Position numbers and translations under genes: made by a program. A stretch of DNA of 64,000 nt from Candidatus Eiseniibacteriota bacterium. GTDB taxonomy: Bacteria; Eisenbacteria; RBG-16-71-46; CAIMUX01; VGJL01. Below are positions 19,366 to 28,868 of this stretch, piece after piece; positions within the stretch are counted from its first letter, which is position 1, and every line of letters begins with the position of its first letter. Below the pieces are notes generated by a model. It made no database searches and had not been told where the DNA came from. It saw only the letters and a list, made by a program, of their open reading frames with translations. Location of the stretch: NCBI GenBank assembly GCA_963792585.1, contig CAWBWI010000003.1, positions 736,001 through 800,000 of the forward strand. Direction: 5' to 3'.

Positions 19366-19695
19366 TTAGAACCTGCGACCGCCGCCGCCGCCGCCGCGGT
19401 TGCCACCGCCGCCGCCACCGTAGCCACCGCCGCCGCCCGTGCGGTTCTCTTGCGGCTTGGCCTCGTTGACGATCAGGGTACGGCCGTTCATCTGCGAGTT
19501 GTTCAGCGAGGAGATCGCGCTCTGCGCCTCGGCCGCCGAGCTCATCTCGACGAAGCCGAATCCGCGCGACTGACCGGTGAACTTGTCGGTGATGACGCGC
19601 GCCGACTCAACCGTACCGTGCGCCGCGAACATCTCGGCGAGATCCTGCTCGGTAACGGAATACGGCAACCCACCCACGTAGATCTTCGAACCCAT
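19366..19695 (-). CDS. RRM RNA-binding protein with glycine-rich tail
   Basis: IYVGGL (RNP2), SRGFGFVEM (RNP1) and VNEAKP; AAGGAGG RBS. Confidence 0.95.
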   Translation of the reverse strand: MGSKIYVGGLPYSVTEQDLAEMFAAHGTVESARVITDKFTGQSRGFGFVEMSSAAEAQSAISSLNNSQMNGRTLIVNEAKPQENRTGGGGGYGGGGGGNRGGGGGGRRF

Positions 19696-20566
19696 CGGGT
19701 TCCTCCTTGGATAGGACATTGTCTTGGACGCTGGGAAGGAAGAAGGGAGAATGGGCCGAAGGCGCGATAACAAGGCGACTTGGGTCAGTTTCCGATCCGG
19801 ATCCCGGGACAAAACAATATCGGACATTGGGTCGATGTGACGGTCTTCGGGGTCCGACCCAGACCACGAAGCTGCTCCAACCTAGCAATCAAGTTGAAAA
19901 AGCGCAAGGGGAGAGATCGTCGCGCCCGCCGTTGATGTCCTAAGTCGTAATCCTTGTGGCTGTTAGAGGATCTGTGCGATTCGTGGATGCACCTGGGGAT
20001 CGCCGAGAGCCCAGGATTCATATGTGTTAATGGTCAGGGAAGGATCGTCTCATCTGGATCGCCGTGGGCCCACTGGTGCTCAGGATCGAGATCTACCCGG
20101 CTCGAGGGGGACATTCTAGGTTCGGTAGATCGAAGGAATGGGGCGCGCGGCGCGCGCCCTCCTGGCCCCGCGCTGGCGCGCGGTGGATTCGGTTGCCGGC
20201 CGTCGCGGCTGGATGGGCCGGAGATCGGCTCCGTGAGGGGCGAGTGCACCTGTGCTACGCAGGAGCCCGCAAAGCTACCGGTGGCGCGAGGAGCGCCATG
20301 ATGGGCGTCGCTGCGTTCCGGGCGTGGAGGGGTCTGATGCACATCGGCCCGAAGAGACCCGCGAAGCGCCCGCGGGAACGCTGAGTCGACGGGACGATGG
20401 ATTCTCATGCTGTCCCCGCTGCTGGGGATTCCGTCGGAAGGCGTTTCCTCGCAGCAGCGCGTGTTCTCGCCCGCAATCGCGGTCGCCGCTTCTCCGCGAA
20501 AAAGTGTCGGGTCATGGAACTTTTCTCTTGCGCGACCGTACATTTGTATGGTATTCATAGAAACCC

Positions 20567-23101
20567 ATGTCAATCGATGGAAGCACATCGCCGGGCGAGG
20601 AGCAGTCGCGCGGCGCGGAGGAGTCACGGGGAGCGACGGACTCGCGTGACCCGGTGGAATCGCGTGGCGAGGAAGACTCGCGCGATGCGGTCGAAGCGCG
20701 TGGTGGGGAGGACGGGATCGATATGAGGGAGTCGCTTGGCGACGTCGACCCTCTCGAAGCGGCAGAGGTGCGTGCCTGGGAGGACTGGCTCGACTCGCTG
20801 GAATCGGGCGACGGGACGAGATCGCGCGACGAACGGAAGTCCCGGGCCGGCAAACGATCGGGCGACGCGAAGCGGTCGTCGACGGCGAAGGGATCGCGTG
20901 CGGGCAACAGATCGACGGACATGAAGCGATCGCACGATGAGAAACACCCGCGCGGCGCCAGGAAGTCCCGGCGCGCGGACCGCAAGAACCCGGCGGCCTC
21001 TTCCACCGGTACCGAGCCTCGTCAGCGTCTTGGCACGCCGCTGACCGAGCTCGGTCTCCTCGCCGAAGAGACGCTCGCCCTGGCGATCGCCACGCGGGCG
21101 ACCGAAGCGCAACTCCTGCGCGCCCAGGCCTCCCTCCTGGCCTGGCTCGCCGAAGGCAATCGGGTCGAACAATGCGGCTTCGCATCCCTGAGCAGCCTCG
21201 CCCTCGAGGTGGTGGGAATCCGCCCGCGCACGGTGCGCGAGCGCCTCGCGCTGCACCGCATCTTCCTGCGCCATCCGGCGATGGAGCGCGCGTTCCTGGC
21301 CGGGAAGATGACGGCCTGTCAGGCGCTCGCCGTCGCGCCCTTCCTGGCGGAATGGGAGGCCGCCATGGCCGAGGCGGCCGCATCAGCGGCTTCGGCCGCG
21401 GACGCGACCGGGGCGGCTGCTTCGGATACGGACGCGACCGGGGCAACGAGCCCTGCCCCGGAGGGGACACGCCCCCATCCCCACCCCCATCCTGACCCCG
21501 ACTTCGACTGGGCATCGGCAACCTCCCGCCTCTCCGTCCGGGAACTGCGGTTCCAGGCGCGCCAGGTCCTGAAGGAGACGTCGGAACGCGATCAGGCCCG
21601 CCACCGGGAGGAACACCCGGATGAGCCCGAGGGGCGCACGATCTCCTTCACGGCGCCCGCGGGCTTCCAGGTGGTCTTCGAACAGATGATGGAGCTCGCG
21701 CGCAAGGTGCTCGGGCGCGATGCTCCGATCTACGAGTGCTTCGAGGCCATGCTGCTGGAGACCGACTGGCTGGGGATCGGTCCGCAACAGGAGCCGCTGC
21801 GGTATCCCGAGCGGCGGTCGATTCCGATCATTCCCCGGGACAACGTCCCGCACCGGGAGGAAGCGATCGCCCATGCCCGGGAGACGCTCACCCAGGTGCG
21901 GGCCTACATCAAGGACGTGGCCGATCTGATCGAGCCTCACGAGCCGAAGTCCCCCCACGATGCGCTCTCCTCGCTCCGGCAGATCCACCTCCTGCGGGCC
22001 CCGCAGAAGGTCCTCTTCGCCCGCCTGCTGCGGGATCTGAGGCGCACCCAGGCGATGGACCTGCTCGGCTACCGCTCGATGGCCGAGCTGGTGGAGGACC
22101 GCCTGCGCCTCTCCGAGCGCTCGGCGCGTAACCGGGTGGCCGAGTCGCTGCTCTTCGAGAGCGACGAGGAGATTGCCAGAGCATTCGCGGCGGGGGAGAT
22201 CTCGATCATGCAGGCGCACCTGATCCGACGGCTGTCCTCCTCGTTCTCCCGCCGGCCGTTCGTCGCGCGGGCGCGGGAGGTGACCTGGCGGCAGTTCCAG
22301 CGCGAGTCCCGGTTGCTGGAGCTGCTGAGGAAATGCGATCTGGGGCGCGTGGCGGACAAACCGTTCCCGCAGGCGCGGGTGGAGGAGGCGTTGATCGCGG
22401 CCCTGGGAGGGGACCGGGAATCGATCGAGATCGCGCTCTTCCAGCACGGGATCCCGCCGCTGCCGCCGGATGGATCCGGCGATCCTGCCGAGAATCCGAT
22501 CCTCATGGATCGGTTGGAGATGCTGGTGCATCTGCTGGCGTTGCGGCAGTGGGACGACGTGCCGGCGACGGGAGATGCGGACCGGCAAACGTCCGCCGCT
22601 GCGAGGCGGGAGGTGACGGTCCGTTTCTGGGCGCCATTGACGGTTGCGGGAGATTTATCGAACGTAATGAACCGATATCGGAAACAGGAGCGGCCGTGGA
22701 TCCCGATGTGGGCTGCGATGACGGTGTTGTTCGCGCAGGTGACGGAGATCTGGGAGCAGCAGGACCCGGAGCGGCGTCCGGTGCGCTCGAAGATCCTGAA
22801 GCGGGACCACTATCGCTGTGTGATCCCGGGTTGCACGAGTCGCAGTCATCTGGAGACGAGCCACAACCGTCCCCGCTCGCAGGGGGGGACGAACGATGCG
22901 GAGAATCTCTCGGTGGTCTGTCATACGCACCATCACCGGGGGATCCATGCGGGGTACGTGGCGATCGGCGGGCGCGCGCCTTACGCGCTGCGGTTCGTGC
23001 TGGGTCTACGGCGGGAGGGTCCGCCTCTGTTGATCTACAAGGGCAACAGGCTGGTGAAGGGGCCGTTCGATGCGGCGCCGCGGGAGGGTGCTGAGGAATA
23101 G
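20567..23101 (+). CDS. DUF222-like repeat protein with C-terminal HNH endonuclease
   Basis: C-terminal RDHYRCVIPGC...H..PRSQGGTND.ENL.VVCHTHH..GIH and two internal DUF222-like helical repeats. Start uncertain because the N-terminus is low complexity. Confidence 0.8.
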   Translation: MSIDGSTSPGEEQSRGAEESRGATDSRDPVESRGEEDSRDAVEARGGEDGIDMRESLGDVDPLEAAEVRAWEDWLDSLESGDGTRSRDERKSRAGKRSGDAKRSSTAKGSRAGNRSTDMKRSHDEKHPRGARKSRRADRKNPAASSTGTEPRQRLGTPLTELGLLAEETLALAIATRATEAQLLRAQASLLAWLAEGNRVEQCGFASLSSLALEVVGIRPRTVRERLALHRIFLRHPAMERAFLAGKMTACQALAVAPFLAEWEAAMAEAAASAASAADATGAAASDTDATGATSPAPEGTRPHPHPHPDPDFDWASATSRLSVRELRFQARQVLKETSERDQARHREEHPDEPEGRTISFTAPAGFQVVFEQMMELARKVLGRDAPIYECFEAMLLETDWLGIGPQQEPLRYPERRSIPIIPRDNVPHREEAIAHARETLTQVRAYIKDVADLIEPHEPKSPHDALSSLRQIHLLRAPQKVLFARLLRDLRRTQAMDLLGYRSMAELVEDRLRLSERSARNRVAESLLFESDEEIARAFAAGEISIMQAHLIRRLSSSFSRRPFVARAREVTWRQFQRESRLLELLRKCDLGRVADKPFPQARVEEALIAALGGDRESIEIALFQHGIPPLPPDGSGDPAENPILMDRLEMLVHLLALRQWDDVPATGDADRQTSAAARREVTVRFWAPLTVAGDLSNVMNRYRKQERPWIPMWAAMTVLFAQVTEIWEQQDPERRPVRSKILKRDHYRCVIPGCTSRSHLETSHNRPRSQGGTNDAENLSVVCHTHHHRGIHAGYVAIGGRAPYALRFVLGLRREGPPLLIYKGNRLVKGPFDAAPREGAEE

Positions 23102-23326
23102 CGGGCGGGCCGCAAGAAAGTGGGCGGCGAACGTCGACAGAAACGCGATGGCGGGGAGACGGTCGACGCTTCCCGCCTGGTCGCGCTCGCGACTGCGTGT
23201 CCGGCTGCGTCGACTCCGTCGACGCCTCGATCGTCAGCCCTGCGGCCGTCGACATCGAATCCAGGGGCGGCGAACCGCTCCTAGGCTAGGCGCGTGTGTC
23301 CTCACAGAATGCGCGCGAGAGAGACG

Positions 23327-23788
23327 TTATTCAAACCGCCGCAGTCTCGCTGCCTCGCGAGGGGGCAACCCATCCAGCTCCAGCCACACGTAGCCTGCGG
23401 TCGGGATCGAGACCGCGCCGGAAACGCCTGGATCGAGCAGACGCGCGGCGAGTTCGCCCAGGTCGGGCATATGGCCGACGGCGATCAAGCAATCAGTCTT
23501 CTCCTCTGCCAGGGCAGCGAGGATCTGCGCCGTGTTCTTGTCACCGCGCAGTGACTCGATGGCCTTGGGGGGATCGACGGAAAGCTCGCGCGCGAGGATT
23601 CGGGCCGTCTCGAACGCCCGCACCTTCGGGCTCGCGACGATCCGGGGGTGGGGAAGGCTCAGATCGGCGAGGGTCCTGCCTGTTCGCGCCGCAGCTTGCT
23701 CACCCGCCGGCGTGAGGCACCGTTCCGCGTCAGTTTGCATGGCGCCGGCCGACGCGGCCTCGGCATGGCGAACGAGGATCAGGTCCAA
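23327..23788 (-). CDS. sixA: Phosphohistidine phosphatase SixA family
   Basis: LVRHAEA, SPKVRAFETA and VGHMPDL; TTG start. Confidence 0.85.
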   Translation of the reverse strand: MDLILVRHAEAASAGAMQTDAERCLTPAGEQAAARTGRTLADLSLPHPRIVASPKVRAFETARILARELSVDPPKAIESLRGDKNTAQILAALAEEKTDCLIAVGHMPDLGELAARLLDPGVSGAVSIPTAGYVWLELDGLPPREAARLRRFE

Positions 23789-25023
23789 GCTTGCGGCGCG
23801 ACCTTCTTGGGCGGCTCCGGGAAGGCCGTCCAGTAACGCTCCAAGATTCTCAGGAAGATCTCCGTGCCGATCTGCATCGCGTTCTCGTCGAAGTCGAAGT
23901 GGGGGCTGTGGTGCGCGTGAGATAGCCCCCGTCCTTCATCGCCCGCGCCCAGGAAGAAGAAGGCCCCGGGCACCTCGCGGAGGAAGTAGCTCATGTCCTC
24001 GCCGCCCATGGAGAGGAAGTTGCGAACGACGTTCTGCGGGCCGACGACCTCGGCCGCGATTCCTGCGACGAACTCGGCCATGGCGGGATCGTTCACCGTT
24101 GGGGGATAGTGATCGATCAAGCTGAACTCGCAGGTCGCCCCGAACGTGGCGCAGATCCCATCGGCCACCTCGCGCACACGACGAATCACGACCGCGCGCA
24201 CCTCGGGCTTGAAGGTGCGGATCGTTCCTCGCAGCTGTGCCGACTCGGCGAGTATGTTGAAGTTGCTTCCCGAGCTGAACATCCCGACGGAAACGACGGC
24301 GGTCTCGATCGGATCGGTGCTGCGCGCGACGACCGTCTGTAAGGCGACAACGATATGGCTCGCCACGACGACCGCGTCGATCGCCGTATGCGGGTAGGCG
24401 CCATGGCCGCCCTTCCCCCGGACGGTCAGCTCGAATTCGTCAGGCCCCGCCATCATCGGTCCCGACGCGATCAGGATCTTCCCCGTCGGCGCCGGGCTCC
24501 AGAGGTGGAGCCCAAAGGCCGCCTCGATCGGGGGATCGTTCAGGATCCCTTCCTGGATCATCGGGAGCGCGCCGCCCGGCCCTTCTTCCGCGGGCTGGAA
24601 TACGAAACGCACGCTGCCGGTAGGCGCGACGGCGCGCGCAAGGTGCGCCGTCTGGAGCAGGATCGACATGTGACCGTCGTGGCCGCAGGCGTGCATCGCC
24701 CCGGGGTTCTTCGACGCGTAGGGAGCGGGGTTCTCCTCATGGAGTGGAAGAGCATCCATGTCCGCGCGCATCATGATCGCCCGGCCGGATTCTGCGGATC
24801 CGCGCAGGAGGGCGCTTACACCGGTCTTGGCGATGCCCGTACGCAGTTCCGGATAATCCGGCCGTAAGAGTTCCGCGACGCGCGCCGCCGTACGTTCCTC
24901 CCGGAAGCCGGTCTCAGGGTTCTCATGAAACTCCCGGCGGATGCGCACCATCGGCTCCATTGCCGCGCGCACCTGGGCGCGTATCAGCATCGCGGCCGTC
25001 GGATCGACCCCCTTCGTCGTCAT
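23779..25023 (-). CDS. M20D amidohydrolase
   Basis: HENPE, RADMDALP, MHACGHDGH, FQPAEE, GHG, EDMS and HHSPHFDFDE. Confidence 0.95.
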   Translation of the reverse strand: MTTKGVDPTAAMLIRAQVRAAMEPMVRIRREFHENPETGFREERTAARVAELLRPDYPELRTGIAKTGVSALLRGSAESGRAIMMRADMDALPLHEENPAPYASKNPGAMHACGHDGHMSILLQTAHLARAVAPTGSVRFVFQPAEEGPGGALPMIQEGILNDPPIEAAFGLHLWSPAPTGKILIASGPMMAGPDEFELTVRGKGGHGAYPHTAIDAVVVASHIVVALQTVVARSTDPIETAVVSVGMFSSGSNFNILAESAQLRGTIRTFKPEVRAVVIRRVREVADGICATFGATCEFSLIDHYPPTVNDPAMAEFVAGIAAEVVGPQNVVRNFLSMGGEDMSYFLREVPGAFFFLGAGDEGRGLSHAHHSPHFDFDENAMQIGTEIFLRILERYWTAFPEPPKKVAPQAWT

Positions 25024-25454
25024 ACCTCGCCCTCTTCCTCCTCCGCCTGCAGTTCTCGAATCGGACGGCGCCCCGAGAATCCGGATTCGATCTCATGCCA
25101 GAACGAAATCCGCTTCTCGCCGAGCTTCCAGCACAGGAACACGAGACGGTTCTTCTTGCGGCCGTAGAAGTCGACGAGTCCTTCGTTCAAGTCCTTCAGG
25201 ACACAACCGATTTTCTGCAACTCCTCGAGCCGTCCGTTGTATTCGGCGACGAGCGCCTGCAGATGCTGTCGGCGCGTCCCGAACTCGACGTGCTCCGGAC
25301 TGGCCGGGTTCTCGCCCCCGATCAGCGCCAGGACGCCGATCCGATCCTGGAGCTGGATGAGCTCGAGCGCCTTGCTGCGGATCTCGACGACCGCCTCGGT
25401 GACGACGGGCAAGACCCGGTTCGCTTCCTTCACGGTGAATACCTTGACGGCCAT
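25020..25454 (-). CDS. DUF2203 family protein
   Basis: FTVKEAN, KDLNEGLVDF, LCWKLGE...WH...GFSGRRPI. Confidence 0.9.
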   Translation of the reverse strand: MAVKVFTVKEANRVLPVVTEAVVEIRSKALELIQLQDRIGVLALIGGENPASPEHVEFGTRRQHLQALVAEYNGRLEELQKIGCVLKDLNEGLVDFYGRKKNRLVFLCWKLGEKRISFWHEIESGFSGRRPIRELQAEEEEGEV

Positions 25455-25515
25455 GCGACCTCCTCCCGGCGCCCCCCGGGACCGAGCATTCTACCAGAGA
25501 GGTCGCCGGACGATG

Positions 25516-27249
25516 TCAGCGGATACCGGCGACGAACGCGGCGATCGCTTCGCTCACCTCGGGGTCCACGTGGCCGGGGGCGAGGAGGCTCGTCGGCCCC
25601 GGCCGGCCCGCGATCGGAATGAAGTAGTGGCTCAGACCGGGGAATTCCCGGATGGTGACATTCTTCTTTCCCGCCTGCTCCGCGCTCGCCCTCCAGAGAT
25701 CGAGGTCGGCGGGGCCGGACAGGTGATCCTTACCGCCCTGGAGGATCAGGACGGGCCCGCGGAATGCGAGAAAGTCGGCGACGCGGTCCCTGTTCCGGTA
25801 GTCGCGCAGGTAGAGCCCCGTCATGCCGGTCACGCGGGATCGATCGGGGAGGGTGCCTGCCTGCACGCTGTCGACCTGGGACAGGACCCGCGCGTAGGTG
25901 GCCTCATCGTCGGGAGAGAGAGTCCCTTCCTCCCGCGCAAGGTCGCGAAGCCGGATGAAGCGATCTCGGGTGATTTCGTCCAGCGGGCGCAACGAGCCGG
26001 CCAGGATCACAAGGCCCGCCACCCGGCGATTCGCGCGCGCGATCGACGCGGCGAGGCTCCCGCCGAGGTCGTGCCCCACGATCACGATCCTCTCCGCGTT
26101 CACCTCGGTCTGCGACCGGAGAAAGTCGAGGGCGGCGAGCGCGTCGTCGATGACCTCCTCCTGCACCGTCATGGTCGTTGGATCGATGGTCGCCGGCGCG
26201 GCGAGAGTTCGCTTGTCGTAGCGCAGGCTGGCGATGCCGTTGACCGCGAGGGCGTGCGCGAGTTCGAGGAACGGCTGATTCGGGCCGATCGTCTCGTCGC
26301 GGTCGAGCGGTCCGGCCGCGTGGACGAGGAGCACGGTCCGGTACGGAATCGGCTGCCCGCCGCGCGGCAGGGTCAGGATCCCGTCGAGCTCCGTCTTCTT
26401 CGAGACGAATCGGACATTCCGCTCCACGAAGAGCATTCTCGTCGGCATGGACGGCTCGGTGCGAATCGCTGCGTCTCTGGCGCGGTCCGCCGCGCGATCG
26501 GCCGCTTGCGCGGAGGATGGCGCCTCCGACGGTTCAGGGATTCGCTCGTAACGGAGCGACTGCGTGGGGACGTCCACCGAGGCGAGACGCCCGGCGGAAT
26601 CGAACCGGAGGGTCTCGATGATCGCGCCGATGCGGAGTTCGACCGTCCGAGAACCGTCGGCCGCGGGCGTCATGGGTACGACGGCGGCGGGGACGATCGA
26701 TCCCACCTGCGGCACGACGACCCGAAGGGTCTCCGGACGGAATCCGCTCTGGGCAATTCGGCAGCCGAGGATCGCGAGATGATTGACCAACAGGTTGTCG
26801 AGAATGAACAGGTCCCCAGTCTCGACAAAGGATTTGTTGAAATTCCCCTGGGGGGACGCGATCGCGATGGTGAGCGAGTCTCCCTGACGAGTTGCCCGAA
26901 TCGTCTGGTCCTGACCGCCGATCCGCGCCTGCAGCGTGTAGCGGCCCAGCGAGTAATTGCGCGCGTCGAACTCGAGCGTCTGCGTGAGGGCGTAGGCCCG
27001 CCCGGGAAGCTGTCCCGTCGCCTCGGCGTTGACGCGCATCCATATGCCCGGCGACTCGGTCGCCCAGCGAATCGTCTCCTCTCCGGCCGGGTTCCCCAGT
27101 CGCACGAGGCGATAGCCGGCTTGTCCTTCCGCGGTCTCGAAGGTCCCGCAGCCCGCCGCCTCGATGACCCCTGGCAGACCCAAGGCGACTCCGAGGGCTA
27201 CCGACACGACGATCCTCCGGCGACCGATCCGCCCTGTCCAATCCGCCAT
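25516..27249 (-). CDS. Secreted alpha/beta hydrolase with N-terminal beta-rich domain (nucleophile site is Asp)
   Basis: GP.DRDETIGPN.PF..LA, LRYDKR, GHDLGG, LILQGGKD and FPGLSHYF. Confidence 0.85.
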   Translation of the reverse strand: MADWTGRIGRRRIVVSVALGVALGLPGVIEAAGCGTFETAEGQAGYRLVRLGNPAGEETIRWATESPGIWMRVNAEATGQLPGRAYALTQTLEFDARNYSLGRYTLQARIGGQDQTIRATRQGDSLTIAIASPQGNFNKSFVETGDLFILDNLLVNHLAILGCRIAQSGFRPETLRVVVPQVGSIVPAAVVPMTPAADGSRTVELRIGAIIETLRFDSAGRLASVDVPTQSLRYERIPEPSEAPSSAQAADRAADRARDAAIRTEPSMPTRMLFVERNVRFVSKKTELDGILTLPRGGQPIPYRTVLLVHAAGPLDRDETIGPNQPFLELAHALAVNGIASLRYDKRTLAAPATIDPTTMTVQEEVIDDALAALDFLRSQTEVNAERIVIVGHDLGGSLAASIARANRRVAGLVILAGSLRPLDEITRDRFIRLRDLAREEGTLSPDDEATYARVLSQVDSVQAGTLPDRSRVTGMTGLYLRDYRNRDRVADFLAFRGPVLILQGGKDHLSGPADLDLWRASAEQAGKKNVTIREFPGLSHYFIPIAGRPGPTSLLAPGHVDPEVSEAIAAFVAGIR

Positions 27250-27363
27250 CGCTCGATCCTCCTGCGGTTTGGCTCCGACCCCGGGTGAGCCAAACTAGGC
27301 GTTCCCGAAAGAGGTCCTGAGCGATATCCTAAGCGGGAACCCGACACCTTGCGAGGAGCACGA

Positions 27364-28212
27364 ATGCCGAAAAAGAAGAACGATCCGCACCGCATCCCGC
27401 CCCTATCCGACGAGATGCTCGACCGGATCGATCTCGCCTGGGACGCCCTGGAGCGAGGGGACATCGAGACCGCCGGCCAGGCGGCCGAGGAACTGATGGA
27501 AGAGACCGAGGGGCATCCCGAGGTTCGCTTCCTGCTCGGCGCCGCCTTCCTGGAGAGCGGCTTCCCCCACGAGGCCATCGAGCAGCTCGAGGTCTCCGAC
27601 GGAAAGGTCGACAGCCCGAACGTCCACAACTACTACCTGGCTTCGTCCATGCACGAATTGTCCCGATTCGAGGAGGCCGAAGGCCTCTTTCGTCGGGTTC
27701 TGGAGATCGAGGAAGATCGAGCCCCGGTCGACTACGGTCTCGCGCAGGTGCTCGAGCACCTCGGCCGTTACGCCGAGGCGGAGGAGTGCTACGAGCGGGC
27801 CCACCGGGACGACGCCGAATCGTATGCGCTCCCGACGAGGATGCAGCGCGAGGCGTTCGAAAGGGTGGTTCAGGAGGCGGCGACGACCCTCTCGCCCGAG
27901 CTGGCGGTCCACCTGAGGAACGTGCCGATCATCGTGCAGGACCTTCCCGAGCGCGAGGTTCTGACCGACGACCAGGGGGACACGATCACCCCGTCGGTGC
28001 TCGGTCTCTTCATCGGGCGCAGCCTGAAGGAGCAGTCGGTCTTCAATCCTCCGGAGGTGCCCCCGACGATCTTCATCTACCAGCGCAACCTCGAGCGGAT
28101 CTGCCAGACGAAGGAAGAGCTGGTGCACGAGATCTACCTGACGCTCTATCACGAGCTCGGGCACTACATCGGATTCGAAGAAGACGAACTCGAGGCCCGC
28201 GGACTGGACTAG
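27364..28212 (+). CDS. TPR-containing zincin-like metallopeptidase (Zincin_1/DUF1025)
   Basis: N-terminal TPR helices, then LGLF.G, I.IYQRNLE and TLYHELGHY (HExxH). Confidence 0.85.
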   Translation: MPKKKNDPHRIPPLSDEMLDRIDLAWDALERGDIETAGQAAEELMEETEGHPEVRFLLGAAFLESGFPHEAIEQLEVSDGKVDSPNVHNYYLASSMHELSRFEEAEGLFRRVLEIEEDRAPVDYGLAQVLEHLGRYAEAEECYERAHRDDAESYALPTRMQREAFERVVQEAATTLSPELAVHLRNVPIIVQDLPEREVLTDDQGDTITPSVLGLFIGRSLKEQSVFNPPEVPPTIFIYQRNLERICQTKEELVHEIYLTLYHELGHYIGFEEDELEARGLD

Positions 28213-28275
28213 CCGCACGGGCCCCGATCGAAGACGAACGCTGCGGGCACGGCCAACGCCGGTGCCCGCTTCTTC

Positions 28276-28788
28276 TTACATCGGCGAGAAGCCGCGGTCG
28301 GAGAAGTAAGCGTCGCGCAGTTCCTTCTCGATCTCGAGGAACTGCCGGTGATGCCCCTCTTCCCAAGCGACGAGGTGCTGGAAGACGGCCCGAGTCTCCG
28401 GATCGTCCGACTGGGTCGAGACCTGCTTGTAGAAGTCGACCGCTTTGGCCTCGAGGTCGACGGCGATCGCGACAACGGCCATCTCGAAGTCGCCCCGGCG
28501 CAGCGAGCGGCGGAAGGCATCATCGATGATGAACTCCTCGACGTGCTCCTGCTCTTTCGGCTTCAGCTCCGTCTTGGCCCACTCGCCGGACTGGACGAGC
28601 GAGGCGTAGTGGGTCTCGAGGTACGTCTTGTGACGGCGCTCCTCGTCGGCGAGCATCTCGAACATCCGCCTCGCGTCGGGATCCTCCGCCTTCTTCGCGG
28701 CCGTCGAGTAGAGTTCGAGCCCCTTGATCTCGGTGATGATCGCAGTGCGCACCGCGTCGATCGCGCTCTGCAGCTGTTCCTTCCTCAT
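28276..28788 (-). CDS. Ferritin-like / rubrerythrin-domain protein
   Basis: Two E...Y / EE.xH diiron halves (EERRH, EEGHH); AAGGAGG RBS. Confidence 0.88.
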   Translation of the reverse strand: MRKEQLQSAIDAVRTAIITEIKGLELYSTAAKKAEDPDARRMFEMLADEERRHKTYLETHYASLVQSGEWAKTELKPKEQEHVEEFIIDDAFRRSLRRGDFEMAVVAIAVDLEAKAVDFYKQVSTQSDDPETRAVFQHLVAWEEGHHRQFLEIEKELRDAYFSDRGFSPM

Positions 28789-28868
28789 CGCGCCTCCTTT
28801 GGGGGACTGACGTTCGACCGCTCTGAGGTTAGCCGATGGGGGGTGGATGTTCCAGCGGGATAACGGGC

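Noticed and set aside
20567..23101. HNH protein as a Cas9 or IscB nuclease
   Set aside because: No RuvC motifs, PLMP start, CRISPR array or cas genes were seen.
25237..27288. 683-aa plus-strand ORF
   Set aside because: Antisense shadow of the alpha/beta hydrolase.
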